Shown piece after piece: positions 1 through 8,181 of a stretch of 32,000 nt of DNA. Origin of the DNA: Methanopyrus kandleri AV19 (GTDB taxonomy: Archaea > JAADCQ01 > Methanopyri > Methanopyrales > Methanopyraceae). The stretch is taken from the NCBI RefSeq assembly GCF_000007185.1, contig NC_003551.1, positions 1,290,001 through 1,322,000 on the forward strand. The letters run 5' to 3'. The position numbers and the translations under genes were made by a program. The notes under the pieces were generated by a model. The model did not search any database. It was not told the DNA's origin and was given only the letters and a program-made list of their open reading frames with translations. Numbering within the stretch: the first letter of the stretch is position 1; each line of letters opens with the position of its first letter.

Positions 1-386
1 CGGTCTACAGGTCGCTGTGGGGCTACCCGAGGCCCGACGACGCACCGGGTCGGGAGGTCGGGCCGCCGCTGAGGGCGCTGGGACTGGATCCGAACGACCT
101 CCCTTACCTGGACGCGGACGGTAGGCTGAAGACCTACCGCGAGAGGCGGGAGTCGCGGCTACGGCCCGAGGAGGATCCCGTCGACGCGTTTCACGCGGCG
201 CTGCTGGAGGTGTTGGAAGACGGTCCGGGATCCGCCCTGGAGGCGCTGCCGGAAGAGGTGAGGGGAGAGGTCCTCGGGCTGGCCCTGGCGGTGGCCCGTG
301 CGGCGCGCCGTCGCGGTGAGGATCACCCGGAGGCGGAGCTGGCGCGGAGGCTCGTCGGGGTGTCGGCCGGTGCCGCGGCGCGGTGA
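1..386 (+). CDS. 3' end of an upstream gene (partial, product unknown)
   Basis: The frame starting at nt 3 is open from the window edge (VYRSLWGYPRPDD...AELARRLVGVSAGAAAR) and ends at TGA 384-386. It has coding-like composition but no start in the window and no recognisable family. Confidence 0.5.
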   Translation, partial: VYRSLWGYPRPDDAPGREVGPPLRALGLDPNDLPYLDADGRLKTYRERRESRLRPEEDPVDAFHAALLEVLEDGPGSALEALPEEVRGEVLGLALAVARAARRRGEDHPEAELARRLVGVSAGAAAR

Positions 387-390
387 GCCG

Positions 391-1122
391 GTGGACACCG
401 AGGGAAGGCTCCGGGAGACGATAGGCCGCTACCATGGTGTCGTCCTGGACACCAACGCGTTCGCGGCCCTCGCCAAGGCCTTCGTGGACGACATCTGCGA
501 GACCCCGGTCGATAACGTCGTGTACGCGTTCTTCCTCGAGGTCAAACGGATGATGGGTGAGAACTTCCTCCTCTACTCTTACGAGGAACTCCGGGCGGAG
601 TACGCCAAGCGCCTGGAAGATCTCAGAGACTACGACGGGCAGGAGGTGTGCTACGCCTGTCCGATACTCTCGGAACTCTTGGGGCCGACGGTGAGGGGCC
701 TCTGCTACCTGTTCAAGGGTCACGAGGACGTGAGCGTACACGATGATGTGCTGTCACGGCCGGAGTACTCCGAACAGCTGGAGAGGTTGTACCGGGGACT
801 GCGACGCGGGGGGTACGCCGGGTTACCCGAGTCCCTGCGGGGTTTCAAGTGCAACTTCGAGGAGGGTCAGGTCGGTGACAAGCACGTGGACGTGGCGAAC
901 GTCATGGTGGCAGCCGTCAAGGGGTCCGTCCTCGTGACCTCCGATCGTGGGATAAGGGACGCCTGCTCCGAGCTGAAGCCCAGATGTCTCTGCGTATATT
1001 TCAACCCCGGATACGTCGACGACCCCGTCCGCGAGGAGTTCGAGTTCGAGCTGGTTCCCCGTCCGGGAGGCCTGCCGGTCGGGCTGAGGTACCGCAAGGG
1101 GATCGGGAAGTTCACCCGCTAG
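391..1122 (+). CDS. PIN-domain-like protein (putative VapC-type nuclease with a large insert)
   Basis: GTG at 391 is in frame with ORF 298..1122 and sits just after the upstream stop. The N-terminal 'GVVLDTNAF' and C-terminal 'GSVLVTSDRGI' resemble the first and last acidic motifs of PIN domains. The part of the ORF upstream of 391 overlaps the previous gene. Confidence 0.55.
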   Translation: MDTEGRLRETIGRYHGVVLDTNAFAALAKAFVDDICETPVDNVVYAFFLEVKRMMGENFLLYSYEELRAEYAKRLEDLRDYDGQEVCYACPILSELLGPTVRGLCYLFKGHEDVSVHDDVLSRPEYSEQLERLYRGLRRGGYAGLPESLRGFKCNFEEGQVGDKHVDVANVMVAAVKGSVLVTSDRGIRDACSELKPRCLCVYFNPGYVDDPVREEFEFELVPRPGGLPVGLRYRKGIGKFTR

Positions 1123-1278
1123 TCCGTGACGTCCGGCCGTACCGTGTGTGGAGGGACGCCTGACGAATCCACTCGAACTTGAGACGATCGCATTACTACC
1201 GTCCGACAACGACACGTAAACCATGCGTAGATAATATGACATCGATATGAGCACTATTCGACTATCGTACGCGAACGC

Positions 1279-2064
1279 TCATACTGTCCGAGGTCGGAGC
1301 CGCCATCCGTGCTGCAGTTTCCAGCGTTCGAGTTCGAGTTGTACGTCGGGTACCTCGTGCCTCCCGTTGAGGGACTTCCTCCGGGAGCGGATCACCTTGC
1401 GGAGGTAGCTCGAGTAGTGGGCGGGCCAGCCTCCGAGGGTCCTCACGGTGAAGGACTCGAGTCGATCGGGTAGTTCCTCGAGTAAATCCCGGATCCTGGG
1501 TGATTCGGAGGGTCTGGCGTCGAATGTCAGCGCGAGCCCGCGGGTCAGGACACGTCTCGCCCGTTTGTATGGGAGGCTCGAGACCTCGGTGAGGAGGGTC
1601 TTGAGGACGGAGCGGAGGTTGCGCATCAAGTGCCGCGCGAGTTCCAAAACCTGTTTCTTATCTAGGGAAACCAACCATTCGACGAAGCTCACACTCTCGT
1701 TCTCCGGCTTGCCCAGGTAGAGCGTCCGACCGTGCCTGTGTCGAGAGCCACGCCTCCACCTCGCGACGTAGTACGGACCGCACGTGCTCCCGTTCACCGT
1801 CCGATAGGTCACCTCGAGACTCGGCTTCCTCCCACGACGGTGAACCTCTCGGAGTACCCGGAGGACTCGGATCCGCTCTACCGGGTCCGAAGGTATCGGG
1901 ATGTGAACGTGCGATCTCACCAACCCCGGCACGCGATCCAGGGTAGTGACCCCAAGTTGTATGGAGACAGAGGTGAAGCGGCACCTCGAGATATAAGCCT
2001 TGTCATCTCGGACCCCGATCGCATCTTCGGTTACCATACAAGCTCCGCAGGGAACTCCCTCCAC
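1279..2064 (-). CDS. hypothetical protein (CxxC plus 'CGPYYVARWRRG...GRTLYLGK' motif)
   Basis: 261-aa ORF with a GTG start, 27 nt downstream of the MNT-HEPN gene on the same strand, so probably co-transcribed. The Cys pair and the GPYY...YLGK hairpin-like motif recall small zinc-ribbon/DNA-binding modules, but I cannot name a family confidently. Confidence 0.5.
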   Translation of the reverse strand: MEGVPCGACMVTEDAIGVRDDKAYISRCRFTSVSIQLGVTTLDRVPGLVRSHVHIPIPSDPVERIRVLRVLREVHRRGRKPSLEVTYRTVNGSTCGPYYVARWRRGSRHRHGRTLYLGKPENESVSFVEWLVSLDKKQVLELARHLMRNLRSVLKTLLTEVSSLPYKRARRVLTRGLALTFDARPSESPRIRDLLEELPDRLESFTVRTLGGWPAHYSSYLRKVIRSRRKSLNGRHEVPDVQLELERWKLQHGWRLRPRTV

Positions 2065-2091
2065 CCGCGGGCCGGAGGAATCCCCGGCCGG

Positions 2092-2835
2092 TCAATCCCC
2101 GACGTCGACGAGCCTCAGGACGTAGTCGCGGACGGCCTCGACGACCTCCCGGGCGACCTCGACGAGTTCCCCCACGTCGACGTCCTCGCCCGGGTAGTGA
2201 CCGTACCGCACCTCGGACCACGCGTGGGAGAGCTCCCTCAGCTCCCATCGGTACCGACGCGACAGCTCCCCGAACGCGTCCTTCCCCGTGACCCGGTGGA
2301 GCCTGCCGAGCAACTTCCCTAGAAAGTGCGTTCCCGGCGGCGCCTCGCCCAGAGCTATGAGAGCCGCTTTGATTGTCAGCTCCACGGCCTGGTGCGCGTG
2401 GAGTGCGGCTAGGTCGTTCCAGCCCCGCTCCTCGGACTCGACGGCCGACCTCAGGAACCTCTCACCGCGTTCCAGCAGCTCCTCGACCAGCGCCCTCGTG
2501 TCGTCGGATTCCGACGTCATGAGCATACGACCCCAAACCTCGAAATCTTTCGGTCTCACGATCAGCACGTCGACACGATCCTCCGGTACCCCGGCCTCCT
2601 CGCACAGTTCGTACGCGATCCGAGCCCTCTCCCTGAAGGAGGAGGGTGCGCGCTCGCTCACCACCATCACGTCCAGGTCGCTCCCGGGCACGGCCCGGCC
2701 CTTGGCGACGCTGCCGAAGGGTACCACACGGGCGTCCTCACCCAGCACCCGCCGGGCGGCCTCCCCGAGCCGCCTCACCCACTCCCAGCTCGGGACCGAA
2801 CCCACGGCACCCGCCCCCGGCCCCGTGCGTCGCAT
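2092..2835 (-). CDS. fused minimal nucleotidyltransferase (MNT) - HEPN domain protein
   Basis: The N-terminal half has 'VVPFGSVAKGRAVPGSDLDVMVV', the GS...DxD signature of the Pol-beta-type NTase. The C-terminal half has 'LHAHQAVELTIKAALIALG...GTHFLGKLL...VRYGHYPGEDV', the classical HEPN helical pattern. ATG at 2835; a GTG about 10 codons downstream is an alternative start. Confidence 0.75.
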   Translation of the reverse strand: MRRTGPGAGAVGSVPSWEWVRRLGEAARRVLGEDARVVPFGSVAKGRAVPGSDLDVMVVSERAPSSFRERARIAYELCEEAGVPEDRVDVLIVRPKDFEVWGRMLMTSESDDTRALVEELLERGERFLRSAVESEERGWNDLAALHAHQAVELTIKAALIALGEAPPGTHFLGKLLGRLHRVTGKDAFGELSRRYRWELRELSHAWSEVRYGHYPGEDVDVGELVEVAREVVEAVRDYVLRLVDVGD

Positions 2836-2838
2836 CGT

Positions 2839-4143
2839 ATGAAGGATCCAGGTGGGACCGACGGTGTTAAGGCGGAGTTCCCCTTCCGAAGGATGATACC
2901 TCGAGGAGGACCGGGGGTATCCCCCTCGCCGCGCGTTGAGTTCGCCTCCACGGTGGGCACCTCCACGCTGAACAACCTGGCACGGGCGCTCGGGAAAGGT
3001 GACCTAGACGCCGATTTGGACCCGGGAGACGCCTACCGCGCCGCGAGGAACCCGGAGGCGGTTGAGGAGATCGGCGAGGAAGTTCTCGAGGAGGCTCTCA
3101 TGGAGCTAGTGGAGGCGGATCCGAAGCGGGCTTCCGCCGAGCTGAACACGCTCCTGCGCATGGCGGAGCGGGCCGAGCGCGAGGGTCTCGAGATCGACTC
3201 GATCGCGCTGATCCCGACGAAGACCGCCAACTGCCGGTTGTGCGCGAGGGTCGTGGCGGAGTACCTGCGGGAGGAGGGCTACGCGGTCTGGGAGACCGAA
3301 CCCGTCAGGGCGGGTGTGGACCCGGGGGAGTTCTGGTGGGGTCTAAGCGACCTGCTCGAGCGGCTCGAGGACGTCGGCGTCACGGACCCCTCGCGGAACG
3401 TGTGGGTGGCCGCCACCCCCGGCTTCAAGCCCGAGGCCGCCGTCCTGACGCTCGTCGCGTCGCTGTTCGGCAAGCCCGTGTTCTACGTGCACGAGGTCAT
3501 GAACGAGCTCGTCGAGATCCCGCCCGCGATGCCGGTCGTCACCGACCCCGGGTTCGTGCTCGGACTGATCGAGCTCCGGAGGAGGCTCGGTGACGGCGCC
3601 CCCGAAGAGGTGGCGGAGGAGGTCCTGAACGACCTGGCGCGGGACGAGGAGGAAAGGGAGCGGTACAAGCTCTTCCTCGTGGAGGATCCGCGGAGCAAGA
3701 ACATCGGACCGTCGCCGCTGGCCCGGCTCGCCGAGTCGTTCCTGGCGCTTGGCCTGCTCGCGGCGAAAGCGCGGAACTACTCCGTTGAGATCCGGACCAA
3801 GGGACACACCGTCCCGGTGAGCCGGGGAGGCGGTGTGAAGAAGGTCGACCGGGCGACCCTGAGGGAGCTCCCGCTGGAGGACGACACCCTCGAGGTCCTG
3901 GCGACCGTGGCCGCGCTCGAAGGCGTGGATGACACCTGGTTCGTGGCCGGCGAGTGGACGACCGAGGGGACGCGTCGGCACGCGAGGACCGTGGAGGTAC
4001 TCGAAACTCGGGACGACGCCGTGGTCGTGTCGGTCAGGGACCGACGGGTGCACATCTCGAGGCTCCTGATCCCGACCGAGGATCCCGAGCGGGTGGCGCG
4101 GGCCCTGAAACAGCTGGTCGGGGCGCTGTCCGACGCCCGCTAG
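2839..4143 (+). CDS. CARF-domain protein (APE2256/Csx1-like sensor) with an uncharacterised ~170-aa C-terminal domain
   Basis: The N-terminal Rossmann-like pattern is 'VEFASTVGTS', 'RASAELNTL', 'IALIPTKT', 'VAATPGFKPEAAVLTLVASLFGKPVFYVHE'. The last element is equivalent to the TGGFK motif. This is typical of CRISPR-associated CARF proteins. The C-terminal beta-rich region (about aa 260-434) matches no effector domain I recognise. ATG 2893 is an alternative start. The gene is divergent from the MNT-HEPN gene. Confidence 0.7.
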   Translation: MKDPGGTDGVKAEFPFRRMIPRGGPGVSPSPRVEFASTVGTSTLNNLARALGKGDLDADLDPGDAYRAARNPEAVEEIGEEVLEEALMELVEADPKRASAELNTLLRMAERAEREGLEIDSIALIPTKTANCRLCARVVAEYLREEGYAVWETEPVRAGVDPGEFWWGLSDLLERLEDVGVTDPSRNVWVAATPGFKPEAAVLTLVASLFGKPVFYVHEVMNELVEIPPAMPVVTDPGFVLGLIELRRRLGDGAPEEVAEEVLNDLARDEEERERYKLFLVEDPRSKNIGPSPLARLAESFLALGLLAAKARNYSVEIRTKGHTVPVSRGGGVKKVDRATLRELPLEDDTLEVLATVAALEGVDDTWFVAGEWTTEGTRRHARTVEVLETRDDAVVVSVRDRRVHISRLLIPTEDPERVARALKQLVGALSDAR

Positions 4144-4370
4144 CCACGACGTGGGAAGTCACAACACCGTACAACCGGCGCGCATCGGGTCACCTAGGAC
4201 CCGAAACCCAAAAGTTCCACGATCGGACGGTCCGTTTCCCGATGACCGACCCCGGATCGGCCCGCCCGATCGGACGGCACCATCGGAGTTTCCGTAGCGT
4301 CATAAAACCACAATTACGTTAACGCGACACACCATCCACACCGACGACCGCGACGCACGGGGGGTGTCCC

Positions 4371-5660
4371 TTGCGGACCCTCCCGATCGCGCTGACCCTG
4401 CTGCTCGTACCGGCGGCCGCCCACGCGCTCCAGCCGGAGGTCCTGTGGAAGGGAGAGTTCCCCGACTGTCCGGGGAGCGGCTTCGTACACCTGGTACCCG
4501 TCGAGAACGAGGAGAACACGGCGCTGCTCGTCGTCCGTACCTTCGAACGCTGGTCGCTGTACGAGGTGAAGGGCTCCGAGGTCACGCACCTCGGGGACGT
4601 CGACCTGGCCACGCCGAGGTCCACCGAGGTCACGGGGGCCATGTACTACCCCGACCGGAACGAGCTGCTGGTCACGGCCGTGATCGAGGAGGAAGGGGAG
4701 GGACCGGGCGGCGGCGTCCTAGCGATCAGGGTCGGACGCGACGGGGTCGACGCGCGTAAGTTCGACGGCGCCTACGTGCACGCGAGACCGTGCCCGGACG
4801 GGACGATCCTGGCGCTGCTCCACGAGGGCCACGAGTACCTGGAGGACGAGGGTGTCCACCGTCACGACCTCGCCCTGATACGCCTGTACCCCGACGGTCG
4901 CGCGGAGCGGTTGGTCACGTTCGACGTCTTCTCCACGCTGCCGCCCAGTGCCCTGCTGATCCCGGGGACGCTCCGGATCGAGCCGTTGGGCGACGACTAC
5001 CTGATCACGGGCTCGGACCTCGTGAGCATGGTCGAGCTCAGGAGGACGGCTTCCGGCTGGGATACGAGGTACTACGGCCCGATGAACCTCGGCGCCAGGA
5101 TAACCTACTACCTCGAGGAGTCGACGGTGTTAGACCCCCGGAAGCGGCTGGTGCTCGTCCGGCAGTCCAATCTGGACGAGCCGCTCGAGGGTTACTGGGC
5201 GATCTGCGAGCTCGTCCCGGAGTCGGGACTGGGAGGCCCGGTCCTGAAGGAGCTGCGCCGGGTCGACCTCGGAGGCGATGACCTGTACTTCCCGCAGTCG
5301 GGGGTCAAGCTGGAGGTCGGCGGGTCGACGTACTACGTGGTACCGGCGGTGGGCGCGTCGTCGACGAAGCTCCTGGTGCTCGGACCCGACACGGCCCATG
5401 TATGGGAGGTACCCGGGTTCAGGGAGCTGGCGGTGACCCCGAGGCTCTACGGGGCGAGGGTCTCGGAGAGGGAGACGGGAGGGTGCACGGTCGAGGTCTG
5501 CGCGTTCAAACCCTCGAGGGGCGAGGAGTGGCTGACGCCGCTCTTCGGCGGCACCGGGGAGGGCGAGAAGAAGGAGGAGCACAAGGAGAACGAGGGCGGT
5601 AAGGTCGCGATCGTCCCGGTCCTACCGGCGATTCCGTTCAGACGTCCCGGTAGGGCGTGA
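4371..5660 (+). CDS. secreted protein of unknown function
   Basis: TTG start preceded by GGGGGGTG. The N-terminal signal peptide is MRTLPIALTLLLVPAAAHA/LQ. The C-terminus has a Glu/Lys linker, then 'VAIVPVLPAIPFRRPGRA'. Confidence 0.65.
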   Translation: MRTLPIALTLLLVPAAAHALQPEVLWKGEFPDCPGSGFVHLVPVENEENTALLVVRTFERWSLYEVKGSEVTHLGDVDLATPRSTEVTGAMYYPDRNELLVTAVIEEEGEGPGGGVLAIRVGRDGVDARKFDGAYVHARPCPDGTILALLHEGHEYLEDEGVHRHDLALIRLYPDGRAERLVTFDVFSTLPPSALLIPGTLRIEPLGDDYLITGSDLVSMVELRRTASGWDTRYYGPMNLGARITYYLEESTVLDPRKRLVLVRQSNLDEPLEGYWAICELVPESGLGGPVLKELRRVDLGGDDLYFPQSGVKLEVGGSTYYVVPAVGASSTKLLVLGPDTAHVWEVPGFRELAVTPRLYGARVSERETGGCTVEVCAFKPSRGEEWLTPLFGGTGEGEKKEEHKENEGGKVAIVPVLPAIPFRRPGRA

Positions 5661-5770
5661 GCCCCTTCCCCCACTTCTTCCCCAACGGGCGATCGCGGTG
5701 CTCCCGGCCCGGTGCCGCCGATTCTCTCACGCCTCGCTTCCCGACCCCTCACACCCTCCGGGAGCGACGC

Positions 5771-6913
5771 TCACGGTGAACCCCGCCGGCGGGTCCCGGC
5801 GATCCGCCTCCGGTGAGCGCGACGTAGCGGCACCACCTGTGGGGCGTACACCCAGAACCCCTCCCTCCCCTCGGGGAACAGGAACACGACGTTCGGATGA
5901 GCCTTCATCAACCGCCCGACCTCCCCGAAATCGCCCCGTCGGTACGCCTCCACGACGTCCGAGATGAACTCCATCATCGGGTCGTCCCGCGCCACCTCGA
6001 ACCACACGAGCAACGGTTCGAGACCGTCAGCCGTGCGCATCACGACCCCGCCCTTCAACGTCCCGACACCGTCCTCGGACGTGTCCCCCGTAGGCCTCCA
6101 CGGGACGGCGACGTGTCGGGTCCGTATCTTCCCGGATCCGAGGTCGAACGTGACCTCGACCCCCTGTAGAGGGGCGACGTCCGCCTTCCGGTGGGAAACT
6201 GTGGCGATGGCCAGCTCCAACGCGGAGGTAAGCGGGTCTTCGAGCAGCTGAACCCGCATGTTCACGACGTCGCCACCCACGAGGTACTCGACGTCCAGCA
6301 GCGGCCACGGTCCATCGGCCAGGACCACCCGGTCCGACGATCCCCCGCCCTCCAGTACCGCCGCCGGTGGCACGTAGGGGCGGGGAGCGAGGGGACAACC
6401 ACCGTCGATCGGGAGCTGAACACCGCCGACGACCGTGCACCGGTAACCGTCTACCAAAGCGCTCACGTCGAGGGGGATCGGCGGGTAGAGCCCCCGAACG
6501 ACCACGGCCGGCCCTTCCACCACTACGGTCCGGCCCACGCGGTCCAAACGGATCCGGACCTTCCCGGGTTCGCACTCGACGTACGACAGGGGTAGGACGT
6601 CCGAGACGCTCGTCACGCTACCCCTCGGACGTCCCCCAGCCGGAACCACGAACGCGTCCAGCCCGGGGACGTAGACGACGTCCACGGTCCGTCCCCGGAA
6701 CCCGCGCGCGTCGACGACGATCCTGGCGTCCGCACTCTTCCACTTGGGTTCCACGACGGACTCGAAGTACCGGGCCAGGTACCCGATGTCGTCGCTCGCC
6801 TTACCCCGGATCAGGGGCTCACCCGCCGACGGTGTCGCGGTCAGGATCAGCCCCAGAACCAGCGGGACGACCGTCACTCGCGGCCCCGTGGTGACGACGT
6901 TTCGGGAGCTCAT
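5771..6913 (-). CDS. secreted protein of unknown function
   Basis: The ORF is open to 7030 (MKKAN...). I prefer ATG 6913 because it gives MSSRNVVTTGPRVTVVPLVLGLILTATPSAG, a good signal peptide, and is preceded by GGAAAGGG. The C-terminus is '...APQVVPLRRAHRRRIAGTRRRGSP'. Confidence 0.6.
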   Translation of the reverse strand: MSSRNVVTTGPRVTVVPLVLGLILTATPSAGEPLIRGKASDDIGYLARYFESVVEPKWKSADARIVVDARGFRGRTVDVVYVPGLDAFVVPAGGRPRGSVTSVSDVLPLSYVECEPGKVRIRLDRVGRTVVVEGPAVVVRGLYPPIPLDVSALVDGYRCTVVGGVQLPIDGGCPLAPRPYVPPAAVLEGGGSSDRVVLADGPWPLLDVEYLVGGDVVNMRVQLLEDPLTSALELAIATVSHRKADVAPLQGVEVTFDLGSGKIRTRHVAVPWRPTGDTSEDGVGTLKGGVVMRTADGLEPLLVWFEVARDDPMMEFISDVVEAYRRGDFGEVGRLMKAHPNVVFLFPEGREGFWVYAPQVVPLRRAHRRRIAGTRRRGSP

Positions 6914-7127
6914 AAGTCCGTTTCCCTTTCCGGGTAGCAACGTGGGGTTTTCATCCGGGCCCGTAGGCCGTGCGTGGACCGAGCGTGCCGGTTGAGAGGT
7001 CGTGGAACCGGCGGCGTTCGCTTTTTTCATGAAATTAATTAGAGAGTCCCGATCCTGTACCGCCGTTGGTTATACTACAGACTAATCATGAAATGTTATA
7101 ATATTGTTATAGAATAATGTTAATGCA

Positions 7128-7617
7128 CTATCACTATCTGCATTATTACGGTTTAATTATAAGTTTCTAACAGTTGTAAAGTTAATAATCATCTATACAG
7201 CAGCGAGTACAGTGCAGTTTCATTACCCGTGTTATTACGGGTTAATTGCGAGTCTGTTGTATTGGTATTGGGATGTTCCATGTGACTTTTACTCTGGCGT
7301 ATGGTTTCATTACCCGTGTTATTACGGGTTAATTGCGAGAGACAAACTAGTAGCGTTCGCGAGATTCAAAGGAGATATCACGGTGTGTTCGTTTCATTAC
7401 CCGTGTTATTACGGGTTAATTGCGAGTTTTGCAATCGATGATGCTTTTGCTAGAATTTCTTTCATTTCTGGGTCTAAATCTCTTAATGTTTCATTACCCG
7501 TGTTATTACGGGTTAATTGCGAGCATGGACATAGACACGGACATAGACATGGACACGTCAACGGCTGTCGACATTCTAGCCGTTTCATTACCCGTGTTAT
7601 TACGGGTTAATTGCGAG
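7128..7617 (-). CRISPR. CRISPR array 1: five intact 36-nt repeats plus one degenerate terminal repeat
   Basis: On the plus strand GTTTCATTACCCGTGTTATTACGGGTTAATTGCGAG occurs at 7217, 7304, 7391, 7488 and 7582. A degenerate copy (~25/36 matches) lies at 7128-7163. Spacers are 53, 51, 51, 61 and 58 nt. Minus-strand sense is inferred from three things: the ...ATGAAAC repeat end, the degenerate repeat at the far end, and the TATA box in the 7618-8147 leader. Confidence 0.95.
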
Positions 7618-8147
7618 GGCGGCCAGTTCTTCCGGAGGACCCACCTTTACACTATGAAACTACCGAGGGGATTCACTATCCCTTACCCACCAGAACTAGC
7701 ACATCGGTCCTATTTAAAGATTGCCCCGATTTCGCTGAACACTTAATCATACTAAAATCCAATACTAATTCGTTTCCGTTTAACCGAAAGCCTTATATAT
7801 AATATTGGTAATACCGAAAACCATAGCTTTCTCTTACGAGTAATTAATCTGTTAACTTGATGAAGTAATAACTGTACAGTACTCGTAAACCGCCTTAATA
7901 CCTCATGAGAACTGTAATCCTTTACTAACAGTTAGAATTGTTATCCTTTCGAAGTGAAGTAAGGTGAAAATCTTGCACTGTTAAAGTGCACTAGTTAGGC
8001 TGCAGGAAAAACTATTACCAGTATTGATAAGTATGAGTAAAAGTGGTAATACTTCATACTCAAACCCTCCGGAACGACCGTTTCCTACGGGGAAGAACCC
8101 GCCTTTCTACCAAGTAAGTTAACCCTATGAAAAACCAGTACGAGATG
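7618..8147 (-). promoter_or_regulatory. CRISPR leader 1 (about 530 bp), inverted copy of leader 2
   Basis: AT-rich. It is a reverse-complement homologue of 16384-16913 with long identical blocks. TTTAAATA (minus strand, 7711-7718) lies 94 nt upstream of the first repeat, the same spacing as in leader 2. Conserved oligo-T tracts (A5 on the plus strand at 8007-8011 and 8130-8134) follow the cmr6 stop. Confidence 0.8.
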
Positions 8148-8181
8148 GTACGACCATTACTTAAATTAAGTAATACTCCCA

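Noticed and set aside
298-390. 5' extension of the PIN ORF to 298.
   Set aside because: This part overlaps, out of frame, the well-formed 3' end of the upstream gene and translates to Arg-rich filler. GTG 391 immediately after the upstream stop is the more plausible start.
4036-4053. 'RDRRVH' in the CARF protein C-terminal domain fits the HEPN R-x4-H pattern.
   Set aside because: The surrounding sequence looks beta-rich rather than the all-helical HEPN fold and lacks the usual polar residue after the Arg. A six-residue match in an Arg-rich protein is easily chance. It is left as an untested possibility only.
7212-7746. ORFs 7212..7610 and 7420..7746, and likewise 16838..17026, 17132..17314 and 17386..17580, with repeated 'HYPCYYGLIA' / 'LPILLRVNCE' peptides.
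   Set aside because: They are translations of the CRISPR repeats themselves. The peptide repeats follow the array period, so they are not genes.
7611-7802. 63-aa ORF starting inside the last repeat and running into leader 1. It has a 66-aa counterpart in leader 2 (16720..16920, minus) sharing MRG..VLPED.PLH.ETTE.I.YPLPTR...VLFKD.PD.AEHLIILKS.TN.FPF.
   Set aside because: Codon-by-codon comparison of the two copies shows about 17 amino-acid-changing differences against about 6 silent ones, several with two changes per codon, and different stop positions. Conservation therefore acts on the DNA or RNA (leader function), not on a protein. The ORFs also start with TTG inside a CRISPR repeat and run antisense to the crRNA.
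7868-7873. TGATGA (C-box-like) in leader 1, suggesting a C/D-box sRNA embedded in the leader.
   Set aside because: No properly spaced CTGA D box follows, and the motif is not conserved in leader 2, where the corresponding sequence is TTAATGAAG.
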